From: a virus
Lineage: Duplodnaviria > Heunggongvirae > Uroviricota > Caudoviricetes
Virus record (IMG/VR): IMGVR_UViG_3300037487_000968
Span: 141,280-205,279 of that record
Length of the DNA: 64,000 nt
Direction: 5' to 3' (one strand)
A program made the position numbers and the translations under genes. Positions 36,123-45,357 of the stretch are shown here, piece after piece (within the stretch, counting starts at the first letter, position 1; each line of letters begins with the position of its first letter). The notes beneath the pieces are model-generated. The model ran no database searches. It was not told where the DNA came from and was given only the letters and a program-made list of their open reading frames with translations.

Positions 36123-36580
36123 TTCGGTTCCTTGGTTAATTTACAAATTAGCATAAATTCTTCATACGCATTTCTTACTGCCGGGTTTGACAACAGTTTA
36201 TCTGCCTCTTCCTGCATCGCTTTTACAGCAGCATCAGTTGCTTCTTGTGCAGCAGGCCACTGAAGCGCATGTTTTTCTGTGCCAAATGATGCCGCTAATG
36301 CATCCCAGGCAGCACGTTGTTCTTCAGTTAATGGTGTTCCTCTATTCGCTGCCCTTAAATCTGATTCGCGCATTATAACATGTGAGATAATATCTTTACA
36401 ATACCTACCTGCAGCAATCATCGGAGCAAAGGCCGGTTCGATATTATATAAGGTAGACATACCACCAGGGTATACTGATACAAGATGATCACCTTTGGTA
36501 AAACCCGCATTGAAATCGGAATCATATTCCCTGATAGGGATATATTTACGACCTTCTTTTTTATAGAATATTGTTTTCAT
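36119..36580 (-). CDS. hypothetical protein
   Basis: 153-aa ORF with a 4-nt overlap. Confidence 0.45.
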   Translation of the reverse strand: MKTIFYKKEGRKYIPIREYDSDFNAGFTKGDHLVSVYPGGMSTLYNIEPAFAPMIAAGRYCKDIISHVIMRESDLRAANRGTPLTEEQRAAWDALAASFGTEKHALQWPAAQEATDAAVKAMQEEADKLLSNPAVRNAYEEFMLICKLTKEPK

Positions 36581-36941
36581 TACCCGTGTATGTTAATGTT
36601 ATATCTTCAACTTCGGGATTGGCATTCATGGCTAACCAGCGACCCCATACATACATAGCATCGCCATTGTATCCCGGGTCGCCCGATAATAGATAAACTC
36701 GACCGCTGCCTGTTACACCTTTGCGTGATTTGACATCAAAGGTTTGGACAGCAGAACAAACACGACCTTCATAGCCGGCATATCCTACAAAATGGATAGT
36801 ATCTCCTGTTCCGTGAAAATCCCCCTTAACACGATAGATTCTCCATTGCGTCAGAGTTGTATTTGGTTCCTGTGTCACATCAGCAGGTTTCCATATGCTA
36901 ATGCTTTCTAAATGGTCAAACAGAGTCTTAAGATTTGTCAT
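36561..36941 (-). CDS. hypothetical protein
   Basis: 126-aa ORF. Confidence 0.4.
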   Translation of the reverse strand: MTNLKTLFDHLESISIWKPADVTQEPNTTLTQWRIYRVKGDFHGTGDTIHFVGYAGYEGRVCSAVQTFDVKSRKGVTGSGRVYLLSGDPGYNGDAMYVWGRWLAMNANPEVEDITLTYTGNENNIL

Positions 36942-36999
36942 AACTGATCCTTTGTCCTATTATAATACAAAATACAAAATAGGTCAACAATACCGGAGA

Positions 37000-37236
37000 T
37001 TACTCTAACTTCTGTAATTTCACTTTAGCTGCCAATACCAACGCTAATGCTTCTTCTTCCGATAGTTCTATCATAGTGGTTTCTGTTACATCGTGCCAGT
37101 CTGGATACCAATGTTTTATATAAGTGGATCCCGACTTTATATTATATGATCCAGGATTTAGCGTATTCATATATTCATAAAATTCGGACGCATCGTTAGT
37201 TAGAAAAGTTACATTCCAGAAATGTTTAACTTCCAT
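37000..37236 (-). CDS. hypothetical protein
   Basis: 78-aa ORF. Confidence 0.35.
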   Translation of the reverse strand: MEVKHFWNVTFLTNDASEFYEYMNTLNPGSYNIKSGSTYIKHWYPDWHDVTETTMIELSEEEALALVLAAKVKLQKLE

Positions 37237-37437
37237 TTAACCGCCATACTTTAATTTAAGAATCAATGCTTCATCGTCTGGTATTCTACATAGATAGACG
37301 ATATCATAGAATGAATAGGTATAATCTATTCCATTCAGTTGCCATTTACTGTCTTTAAAAACTGGATGATATATTGCACCTGTTATACCAGTATAGACAT
37401 ATTCTGTTAGTTCCGTTAATTCTCTATCCTCAATCAC
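37237..37437 (-). CDS. hypothetical protein
   Basis: 66-aa ORF. Confidence 0.35.
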   Translation of the reverse strand: MIEDRELTELTEYVYTGITGAIYHPVFKDSKWQLNGIDYTYSFYDIVYLCRIPDDEALILKLKYGG

Positions 37438-38356
37438 TTAGATCACCTTTGTTTACAACAAACGGTTCTACTTCCTTAAATTCAGATTCAGTAGCCTGAT
37501 AGAATTTCCACGTTTCTAATTCGATACAAGTTAATGCCGCCCATTTCTTTGGTGCTACACCGTGCGAAGAATATCCACCGGTATTAGACCAGCGACATTG
37601 CCATGCGCCGGTATCGATACAAGTCTGCCCTACTATAGTAATTGGTTGATGTAATGTTGTATGGCCACAGATGATGTGTGATAGCTCATCATTAAACATA
37701 CCAGTCATGTCGTTATATTTAATTACTCTGACTATCTTATCTCTATTACTTAAATCGCGTTCATACATCTCGTAGAATATACATCTATGCCATGTAAGTG
37801 AATCACCTTCATAACACGGAATAGTTGCTATTTTTCTTAAGTCATCTGGGTTGGATAGTATCTCATCGGACAAAGGTACAGGCACTGTTGGGAATTCAGC
37901 GTGAATGATATGAAACTTCTTGCCACTCTTTACATTTACAGTAATAAGGTATGGTAATTCCTCTACAAGGGGCAGTAGATCAAACAGGGCAACACTATGA
38001 TCAGACGGTATTAAGGCAGGATTCTTTTTATCATTTATTGCTTCCATTCCCCATTGCCCACCATTATTAAACCACATACTATCAGTCCCGTGCGGCCAAT
38101 GGAATTTTTCAAGCATCATCTGTTCGTGATTACCCAACACAGAATGAAACCATGGTTCCCTGATTAGTTCCAAACATTTAAGATGGTCGGGTCCACGGTC
38201 GATCAAATCGCCAACAGAAATCATGCGGTCGATAGTAGGATCGAAATTGATATTCCTCAATAGATTTTGAAGCACTTCAAAACAGCCGTGTAAATCCCCG
38301 ATCACGAAATCGCGACCTAATAAGTTTGGCTCTAAGATTTTTAATGGATCTTTCAC
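37430..38356 (-). CDS. Ser/Thr protein phosphatase (lambda-PPase-like metallophosphoesterase) with C-terminal extension
   Basis: GDLHG, GDLIDRGP and GNHE motifs in canonical order, with about 150 extra C-terminal residues. Confidence 0.7.
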   Translation of the reverse strand: MKDPLKILEPNLLGRDFVIGDLHGCFEVLQNLLRNINFDPTIDRMISVGDLIDRGPDHLKCLELIREPWFHSVLGNHEQMMLEKFHWPHGTDSMWFNNGGQWGMEAINDKKNPALIPSDHSVALFDLLPLVEELPYLITVNVKSGKKFHIIHAEFPTVPVPLSDEILSNPDDLRKIATIPCYEGDSLTWHRCIFYEMYERDLSNRDKIVRVIKYNDMTGMFNDELSHIICGHTTLHQPITIVGQTCIDTGAWQCRWSNTGGYSSHGVAPKKWAALTCIELETWKFYQATESEFKEVEPFVVNKGDLSD

Positions 38357-38736
38357 ATATAACCTTTTAATACTTCTGCTAATCTTTCTTGTTCTAATCT
38401 ATTCACTGTTCTTGTTAATTTAACCGGACCTTTAATTGGGACATATTTTTGTTCAAATGTTTGGATTTCACAATTATCTAATTCAGCCTGTAATTTGTGA
38501 TAGATAATATTTCCAATAATCGTATTTACATTATCTATGGGCCTAAACGGCCCTTGTCCATCAACATTGGTTATCCATGTTAGTTTATATCCTTCTGGAA
38601 TTCTATTCTTACCTTTACCCTCGGCTGGTTTCCAAAATACCCCAGATAAAAGTAATCCAGATGATTTATTGATAATTTTATAAAATCTCATTTTATTCCT
38701 GCTAATACATTTAACACGTTTTCCTGATCTGCCCAT
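38353..38736 (-). CDS. hypothetical protein
   Basis: 127-aa ORF. Confidence 0.4.
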   Translation of the reverse strand: MGRSGKRVKCISRNKMRFYKIINKSSGLLLSGVFWKPAEGKGKNRIPEGYKLTWITNVDGQGPFRPIDNVNTIIGNIIYHKLQAELDNCEIQTFEQKYVPIKGPVKLTRTVNRLEQERLAEVLKGYM

Positions 38737-39014
38737 GCTTTTTCCTGATCAACCCTAATCTTCAGATACTCGCGTATGTGTCTGCGATTGCTCCAAATAA
38801 ACTTTTCGTATTTTAACAAACTTTTAGCACACCCTTCGCATCCATAAACAAATAACATACCGGCGAGTTCGATATAACCAAAAGAATCATCGCTATCCTC
38901 CGGAACGCTATGATCCTTACCGCAGCCACAATGCACCCACGGGCCACCACCACCCAGGCCAGCATCCCACATCATATCACTGGCTCTATCGGTGGGTTCT
39001 GTATAATTTGGCAT
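38688..39014 (-). CDS. hypothetical Cys-rich protein
   Basis: 108 aa. Contains CGCGKDH...CEGC. Confidence 0.35.
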   Translation of the reverse strand: MPNYTEPTDRASDMMWDAGLGGGGPWVHCGCGKDHSVPEDSDDSFGYIELAGMLFVYGCEGCAKSLLKYEKFIWSNRRHIREYLKIRVDQEKAWADQENVLNVLAGIK

Positions 39015-39208
39015 TAATCGTCCCCGTATAAAGCATCGCCCAAACTTTGCTCGAGCTCGCTGATTTTATCTTCCAGTCGCTCAACTACTTTATCCTTTTC
39101 GTCCTCGAGGCTAGATAGTTGTTCCTGCAGATATGTTATCTGTCCACGCAGACGAATATTTTCCTGTTGTAGTTCAAATATTCGTTCGTCCTTCAAGTCA
39201 TCCATCAT
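39014..39208 (-). CDS. Small coiled-coil protein
   Basis: 64 aa with a heptad-like Leu/Glu pattern. Confidence 0.35.
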   Translation of the reverse strand: MMDDLKDERIFELQQENIRLRGQITYLQEQLSSLEDEKDKVVERLEDKISELEQSLGDALYGDD

Positions 39209-39666
39209 TTTATAAGTCCTTTGCGCTTTCTGCGTTCAATTTCTTTCTTATATTCTTTCGGAGACCATTGCTGCCCGTTGATCCAATATTCTTTTGGATG
39301 TCCTGTAGCATCAACTGCCGGCCCATCCAGACGATGCAATTTTCCATCTACAAACCAAAACCTACTCTGCTTATGTCTATATGCGGGGCCGTCTTCACGA
39401 TGAAGTTCACCGTCTTTATACCAACCTTCGAAATCATATTTCTTACTAATATGTGCCGGACCATAAATTCTATGAAGTATTCTTTTATTACCCTCGGTGT
39501 TTGGCTTACAATATATAATATCCTGGGCGCCATAATGGGCCGGTCCCCACCAATCTTCCCACAATTTGCCTCGCACATAATAATGCGGCCGCAACGGATT
39601 GCTAAACTGCCTATCGATAGTTAATGCTTCAAATAATGCGTCCTCTGACTTTTCGGTATCACTCAT
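39205..39666 (-). CDS. MORN-repeat-like protein
   Basis: Repeated DG(E/K)LHRxDGPA(Y/V) units (three copies). Confidence 0.45.
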   Translation of the reverse strand: MSDTEKSEDALFEALTIDRQFSNPLRPHYYVRGKLWEDWWGPAHYGAQDIIYCKPNTEGNKRILHRIYGPAHISKKYDFEGWYKDGELHREDGPAYRHKQSRFWFVDGKLHRLDGPAVDATGHPKEYWINGQQWSPKEYKKEIERRKRKGLIK

Positions 39667-39773
39667 GTTTAATTATACCACAATTATTTATTTTAGTCAA
39701 CTGAAGATAAATAAGTGTAGTTCGCGATACGACTAATATCCAACTACTCTAACGCTTTTAAGGAGCATCAGCG

Positions 39774-40631
39774 ATGTATTTAGCATACACTTATTTAATC
39801 ACAAATAAAATTACCCATCAATTTTATTATGGATCTCGTTATCAAAATATAAAATTAAAAAGAACGCCGGAACAAGATCTTTGGATATTTTATTTTACTT
39901 CATCAAAAGAAGTAAAGAAATTATTAAAAGAATACAATAAAGATTTATTCGAAATATCTATAGTATTCAAATCCGAAAACTACGATGAATGTTACTGGCA
40001 GGAACAAGATCTAATAAAAGAAAATATAATAAATCCTTTGTGTATGAATCTGACATATACTGATAAATCAGCAGGAAGGCACATATTTTCAATGGCAGGT
40101 AAAACTCGATCCGAAGAAGCCTGTAAAAAATCATCAATCTCATTAAAGGCGTATCATGAGAATGAACCAGCTGATGTTAAAGCAGCAAGATTCGCTCTCC
40201 AGAAAGCCGCGTGGAATAGAAGATCGGAGGAATCGGAAATTGAACGCATTGATAAAATGATATTTTCTCGTAATAATAAGACAGAAGAAGAAAAATTAGT
40301 TATGTCGAGAAATAGAAGGATAGCCCAGACAGATAGAGTGGAAGAAGCTAAGTTGATTTCTGTTTTCCGACAAAAAGAGACAAAAGCAAATTGGTCTCCC
40401 GAAAAGAGAGAAGCATTTATAAATAAAGTGAAATCTTGTGTTAATAAGGGTAATGCTAAAGGTGGGACATACCAGATCACTGATCCGGCCGGTAATACAT
40501 ATATTATTGTTAGTTTAAGTAAATTTTGTAGAGAAAATAATCTACCATTTGATTCAATGAGAGGTATTGCTGCAGGAACCCAAAAGTGTTGTAAAAATCA
40601 TCCAGGTTGGCGATTACATAAACTTGACTGA
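39774..40631 (+). CDS. GIY-YIG homing endonuclease (Seg/I-TevI-like, free-standing)
   Basis: N-terminal YTYLITNKITHQFYYGS matches the GIY-x10-YIG core (compare I-TevI GIYQIKNTLNNKVYVGS). NUMOD-like repeats and a C-terminal DNA-binding tail follow. The gene is AT-rich and on the opposite strand. Confidence 0.7.
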   Translation: MYLAYTYLITNKITHQFYYGSRYQNIKLKRTPEQDLWIFYFTSSKEVKKLLKEYNKDLFEISIVFKSENYDECYWQEQDLIKENIINPLCMNLTYTDKSAGRHIFSMAGKTRSEEACKKSSISLKAYHENEPADVKAARFALQKAAWNRRSEESEIERIDKMIFSRNNKTEEEKLVMSRNRRIAQTDRVEEAKLISVFRQKETKANWSPEKREAFINKVKSCVNKGNAKGGTYQITDPAGNTYIIVSLSKFCRENNLPFDSMRGIAAGTQKCCKNHPGWRLHKLD

Positions 40632-40960
40632 TAGCTGTTTTCTAAATATTGTTCCACACCACCAGATAATTTTATTGTCATAGCATCCATGTCCGAAAAT
40701 AATATCAGGCGGCGCGGAGTAAGAAAATAGGGATATGTAAATTGGGCCATAGCCAATTGATGTCTGGATTTAAGCGTATCCGGAATTTCAAAGCTATACG
40801 CTGTAAATATAGCCTTGATAACAATAAACCCTGTCAGCGATAATCTTAATCCATCCGGGTGATGAAATAGCAGACAGTTGAGTTGATTGTCATCTAAAGG
40901 TGTTGCCTTTTCGTGCTTGTTTCTAATCTCAGTAAAGATTGCTTTTTTAAGCGGTCCCAT
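40598..40960 (-). CDS. hypothetical protein
   Basis: 120-aa ORF. Confidence 0.35.
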   Translation of the reverse strand: MGPLKKAIFTEIRNKHEKATPLDDNQLNCLLFHHPDGLRLSLTGFIVIKAIFTAYSFEIPDTLKSRHQLAMAQFTYPYFLTPRRLILFSDMDAMTIKLSGGVEQYLENSYQSSLCNRQPG

Positions 40961-40967
40961 ACGTTAT

Positions 40968-41192
40968 TTATATCAGCCAACGGGCAATACCTACTATGTT
41001 TATGATAACAAAGAAGTAACTTTGATACAATATAGATTTAGAAGCATTAGAATTTCTTAGCAGGTATATGGTTGCAGCATTAGATAAGAGAAACGGAATA
41101 AATGCCCAACCAGATATTGATAAATTCAACGCAAGAAGGAGGGAGCCGATTACCGATCCCCAGAAAGATGTATGATCTATTAAAAATTTCAT
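40968..41192 (-). CDS. Small two-TM membrane protein
   Basis: 74 aa and hydrophobic. Confidence 0.35.
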   Translation of the reverse strand: MKFLIDHTSFWGSVIGSLLLALNLSISGWAFIPFLLSNAATIYLLRNSNASKSILYQSYFFVIINIVGIARWLI

Positions 41193-41256
41193 ACTACATT
41201 ATAACATACTACGCAATAAACTTATACCGAAATCAAATAGTTAGATAAATAGCAAT

Positions 41257-41631
41257 ATGAAAATTCGAGAAGCCGTATTAGAACCAGCCATATCACATTT
41301 GTTGCAGCTATGCCAACAGGAATTAGAACTCGATGAACTTCCACCTATTAATCTTATAGATGACGAACCCTTTATTGAATCAGGGGATAAAAAGTCCTTC
41401 GGTGAATTTAACGGTGACGCAATTAAAGTAATAACCAAAGGAAGACACCCGATGGATGTTATGCGAACACTTGCTCACGAATTAACTCATTGGAAGCAAC
41501 GAGTAGAAGGGCAAGAAATGGATGGTGCTGATGGCAGTGAAACTGAAAATCAGGCCAATAGCGTTGCTGGTGTGATAATGAGGAGATTTGGAGAACGCTA
41601 CCCCGAATACTTCATTGATTCATTACCTTAA
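41257..41631 (+). CDS. Small HExxH-motif protein (possible zinc metallopeptidase-like)
   Basis: HELTHW motif. 124 aa on the plus strand. Confidence 0.35.
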   Translation: MKIREAVLEPAISHLLQLCQQELELDELPPINLIDDEPFIESGDKKSFGEFNGDAIKVITKGRHPMDVMRTLAHELTHWKQRVEGQEMDGADGSETENQANSVAGVIMRRFGERYPEYFIDSLP

Positions 41632-41924
41632 TCTTCAGTCTCAGCAAGTAGCTCGCCGCCATTTAGCTTAAACACAGCAAAATCGGTTGTCTTAAATATC
41701 TTATTCAATCTATCTGACAAATTAAATGCGTGTCCAGAATTGGAGAAGCTAACCTTTTTATATTTTGGACCGGGATACGAGACTAGATGGCTAAGGGTAC
41801 GAAGATTTATAGGTTTACCTTGATAAAATACAGCATAAATTGCATCTGCATTTAATACCTGTTCTGCCTTATAACTTTTGTTGACGTTTTCTAATAGTAC
41901 GGTAGGTTTTGGTCTTGCCATCAA
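41628..41924 (-). CDS. hypothetical protein
   Basis: 98-aa ORF. Confidence 0.35.
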   Translation of the reverse strand: MMARPKPTVLLENVNKSYKAEQVLNADAIYAVFYQGKPINLRTLSHLVSYPGPKYKKVSFSNSGHAFNLSDRLNKIFKTTDFAVFKLNGGELLAETED

Positions 41925-42020
41925 TATTCTCCAATAATATACATATATTTATCAAAAAACGCCTTTTAATAGACTTTAGCATTTTTTAACAATTATTAGA
42001 TAATCGATAAATAATAGATT

Positions 42021-42272
42021 ATGAGACTACAAGAATTAATCCAAGAAAATAGATTAGAACAAGCCTATTATAATACTGAATTTGATAGAGCAAACGGCCC
42101 TCAACAACCGTCTTTACCTAAAATACAGGCTAACTATTATGTTTCTATAAACGGAAAGCATTGGAAAGATTTTGAAACAGAAGAAGCAGCTATGAAAAGT
42201 GCTACCACCGTACATAACAAAAAACCACGACTAAGAGTGGATGTTATGCCTATAAAAAGAAAGAGACCGTAG
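42021..42272 (+). CDS. hypothetical protein
   Basis: 83-aa ORF on the plus strand. Confidence 0.35.
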   Translation: MRLQELIQENRLEQAYYNTEFDRANGPQQPSLPKIQANYYVSINGKHWKDFETEEAAMKSATTVHNKKPRLRVDVMPIKRKRP

Positions 42273-42278
42273 TCCCTT

Positions 42279-42476
42279 TCAGAAAACGCCGCCATCTATT
42301 ATTCGAGTTGTTGTGGCAGTTTCATTGACAACCACTTGAAGTGGTTTTTCTTTTACTTTTAATATATCATCGATTTCTTTTAGCAGATCTTTTGCTTCAG
42401 TAACAGTCATGTTATACTCTGTTACATTTTTCTTAACATTCTTTAATCTTGCTCTTAATCGTACAATTTCGGACAT
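42279..42476 (-). CDS. hypothetical small protein
   Basis: 65-aa ORF. Confidence 0.3.
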   Translation of the reverse strand: MSEIVRLRARLKNVKKNVTEYNMTVTEAKDLLKEIDDILKVKEKPLQVVVNETATTTRIIDGGVF

Positions 42477-42973
42477 TATTTATTTAAGTTCTTTTCTTTT
42501 CGATTCTTTGTTAGAGAAGTCCTCATCTCTAACTCTGTCTTAAATGGACCGGCATACTCATATGTTTCTAATGTCGAAAGCTTTGGACAGTAAGCCGGCA
42601 TCCAGTTCTTAGGAAAGTGTAAGCAATAATATCCTGCACTATAATAGACTTCGCTAGTGGCTTTCTTACTGAAGAGTGGTAATCTATTACCTTTAATAAG
42701 AACTTCGTTTGGACCATCAAAATCAACTGGATAACCATTAATGAAATAATCCTTCTTTACATTCTCTTCGACAATGGGTTCCACAACATTTTCAAATACA
42801 TCTTCGTTAAAGAATTTGTTTACTTCCTTACGATTAATGAATTGTTGTTTTACACCCTTAATCATTAATACATATTGATTACGGATTTCGGTTAGAAGAC
42901 CAATTCGGATTTCATCCGTATCTCCGAGCACTAACCAAGCTGTCTCTGTGATAGGTTTTAATTTTACTGACAT
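42476..42973 (-). CDS. hypothetical protein
   Basis: 165-aa ORF. Confidence 0.4.
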   Translation of the reverse strand: MSVKLKPITETAWLVLGDTDEIRIGLLTEIRNQYVLMIKGVKQQFINRKEVNKFFNEDVFENVVEPIVEENVKKDYFINGYPVDFDGPNEVLIKGNRLPLFSKKATSEVYYSAGYYCLHFPKNWMPAYCPKLSTLETYEYAGPFKTELEMRTSLTKNRKEKNLNK

Positions 42974-42976
42974 ATA

Positions 42977-44017
42977 TTATTTCTCATTGTTGTATTTAGC
43001 CTTCAGCATCGGCATAAATGCTGTAGAATTATCACCGATTTTCTTTAATGCCCACTTACCGCAAAACTTCATAAAGCCCACACCAATTTCAACAGCAGGA
43101 ACATTTTTACGATCAGTTTGCTCTGCTATAATTTGTAGGCATTCAGTTTTTACATTATCGGGTATTTGAGATAGGTCAATTAAAGTTCGGTTAAATTCAT
43201 ATTGTTCTTTAACACGTTTTTCTTCTTCGTTATGATCTACCCATTTCTGTAACATAAAATTGTTCCAGGCGTAGCCCTTGTTTGTATCGGCAAAAGCTTC
43301 CCGGATTCCGATTGTTGCCTTAGTGCCTTTTTCTCTCACACCCGGATAAGCACTAAAGATATTATCAGTCTTATCACCACGAACACATTTTAAGAATAGC
43401 GCATAGTTATACCATTCTTTTTCACATTCGAAGTTAGGATTCTTTTTACCGGCCTTAATCTTAGCATCAGATTTAAGAATAAATTCTAATCGGTTACCAT
43501 CATCATCGAATACACCGTCTTGTTTAATTTGGATATCCTTAACAGGATCATATAACATTACATTAGGATATTTTAATAATTGAAAGAAGTCAGAATCAGA
43601 ACTAATAATAATATGTTGATCATCTGGGTGGGCTTCAATGAATACAGCGATCATATCATCGGCCTCGGCTTTAGGATTCCGAAGTACTGTTATGTTAGTT
43701 TTCTGATCAAAGTATTCAACAAGGTCATCAAAGGATTCCACAAGAATTTCATGATCTTCTTGTTCTTTAATGGTTTGTTGAGCAAAGGCGGTTGGTCGAT
43801 TTCCTTTGTAGTCAGGGTAGATATCCTTACGCCAAGACCGCCCCTCAATATAGAAGATGGTATGGGTTCCATTCCACTTACTATACTCTTTCTTCATACT
43901 GTTGAGTATCAGGTGTAACGCCATGCCTATCATGCTATCGATACCCAATGCAGGATTAGTCATTTTAATTTGACGATAAAATAAATTATGACCGTCTGTG
44001 TGGATAAAAGTGTGCAT
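42977..44017 (-). CDS. rnh: RNase H / 5'-3' flap exonuclease (T4 rnh-like)
   Basis: AEADDMIAVFIEAHPDDQHIIISSDSDFFQLLKYPNVMLY aligns with T4 RNase H YEADDHIAVLVKKFSLEGHKILIISSDGDFTQLHKYPNVKQW. An upstream YKGNRP motif is also present. Confidence 0.85.
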   Translation of the reverse strand: MHTFIHTDGHNLFYRQIKMTNPALGIDSMIGMALHLILNSMKKEYSKWNGTHTIFYIEGRSWRKDIYPDYKGNRPTAFAQQTIKEQEDHEILVESFDDLVEYFDQKTNITVLRNPKAEADDMIAVFIEAHPDDQHIIISSDSDFFQLLKYPNVMLYDPVKDIQIKQDGVFDDDGNRLEFILKSDAKIKAGKKNPNFECEKEWYNYALFLKCVRGDKTDNIFSAYPGVREKGTKATIGIREAFADTNKGYAWNNFMLQKWVDHNEEEKRVKEQYEFNRTLIDLSQIPDNVKTECLQIIAEQTDRKNVPAVEIGVGFMKFCGKWALKKIGDNSTAFMPMLKAKYNNEK

Positions 44018-44069
44018 GTCTTATTATACTATATTTGGGTGATTTTGTCAATAGAGTTCAGTTGCTCTG

Positions 44070-44333
44070 TTACGACGGGTCGCTTACACTTGAGCGGTGA
44101 ACTTGCTTTAGCAGGGCTTTATATTCTGTTGGATGTGAACGCCAATAAACAGCGTGGGATTTCTGCGGGCGTTCAACATAGTGATCGAAAAGGATTCCTT
44201 GTCTACGAGGATCAACATTGTGTGATAGGCATCCTGGACACGGAAAATAGTTTCGCATTGAAAGAGCTTCGCGGATGGACATTTTCTCTCCGCCCAATCT
44301 ACGCTTCATTGCATAGTATGTGCGATAATGCAT
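44070..44333 (-). CDS. hypothetical basic protein
   Basis: 87-aa ORF filling the gap. More GC-rich than its surroundings. Confidence 0.3.
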   Translation of the reverse strand: MHYRTYYAMKRRLGGEKMSIREALSMRNYFPCPGCLSHNVDPRRQGILFDHYVERPQKSHAVYWRSHPTEYKALLKQVHRSSVSDPS

Positions 44334-44983
44334 TATCTATAGCCTTTCTTGCCAACTGGCAGACCTTTAGAATCATCACTCCAACGTTTAACTGCATCGA
44401 GATTAGCTTCTGAATCAGCAGTAAAGTCTCCTGTGCCATCAAACTCTTCCATTGCCACATTTCTACATACTTCCATAAACCATTGATTAACAATGTTGTC
44501 TGGTGTAGGACCCGAATATCCTGCTTCTTTGAGTTTTTCTACAAACTGCTCGTTCCAATCAAGTTCAAAGCTGCCTTCAAGTGCGGTCTTACCACCAAAG
44601 TCCATGCTTAAACAATTAATCCACGGCTCGCCCTGTAATGTAGCTAATTGCTTTTCGTATTCTAAATCATTGACCTTACCTTTTCTGTGGTCAATTTCTA
44701 ATGCGGCTAGTGCCTTCTGCTTCTCATCTTTAATTAGTGTGATGAGATTGTCATGATAAGTCTGTTCATTTATGTGACCGTACTTTAGTTCAATATCCCA
44801 TTTCTTTGTGGTATATGTATCCTTATCATAATCTTCTTTATTAAGATCGAGTAACCGTACTTCCAACATAATACCTGTAAGCTCATACTCTGCTCGCATA
44901 ATTTCTCTAGTTTTTCCTGCTGTTCCCCAATGTGCTGGGAGCCACCCAAACGGTATTAATTTTTTAGACATATTCTTTTCCAT
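44333..44983 (-). CDS. hypothetical protein
   Basis: 216-aa ORF. Confidence 0.45.
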   Translation of the reverse strand: MEKNMSKKLIPFGWLPAHWGTAGKTREIMRAEYELTGIMLEVRLLDLNKEDYDKDTYTTKKWDIELKYGHINEQTYHDNLITLIKDEKQKALAALEIDHRKGKVNDLEYEKQLATLQGEPWINCLSMDFGGKTALEGSFELDWNEQFVEKLKEAGYSGPTPDNIVNQWFMEVCRNVAMEEFDGTGDFTADSEANLDAVKRWSDDSKGLPVGKKGYR

Positions 44984-45191
44984 ACCTTAAAGTAAATGCA
45001 AGACAATCCTCTTGCGTTTCAAAAACAATTACAATAATTGGTTTTAAATTTTCATATATAACATCTATCTCAGAACCTGGCCAATTATTTGTAATCTCAT
45101 TTAATCTTTTAAGATTGCCACCTATGCCGCTAGATCTGGTTTTATAAACCCGATGAGAAAATTCTGCAGGAATTTCCATCTGGATTAACAA
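44964..45191 (-). CDS. hypothetical protein
   Basis: 75-aa ORF. Confidence 0.35.
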   Translation of the reverse strand: MLIQMEIPAEFSHRVYKTRSSGIGGNLKRLNEITNNWPGSEIDVIYENLKPIIVIVFETQEDCLAFTLRYGKEYV

Positions 45192-45357
45192 CCCGGGTCT
45201 GTATTTATGCCTGGAAATTTATAGATAACAAACCATCTGAAATCCCAACGCCTATTTTTCTTGGCATGACATTCATTAAAGGCCCAACTTATCCAGGGAC
45301 GATCACGGCTTATCTGAAAATGATATGCACCAAATCTTATATTGACTAAAAGATTGC

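Noticed and set aside
40965-40972. TATAAATA match upstream of 40598-40960
   Set aside because: It lies only 5-12 nt from the ATG, too close to serve as a -10 element with room for a transcription start and RBS.
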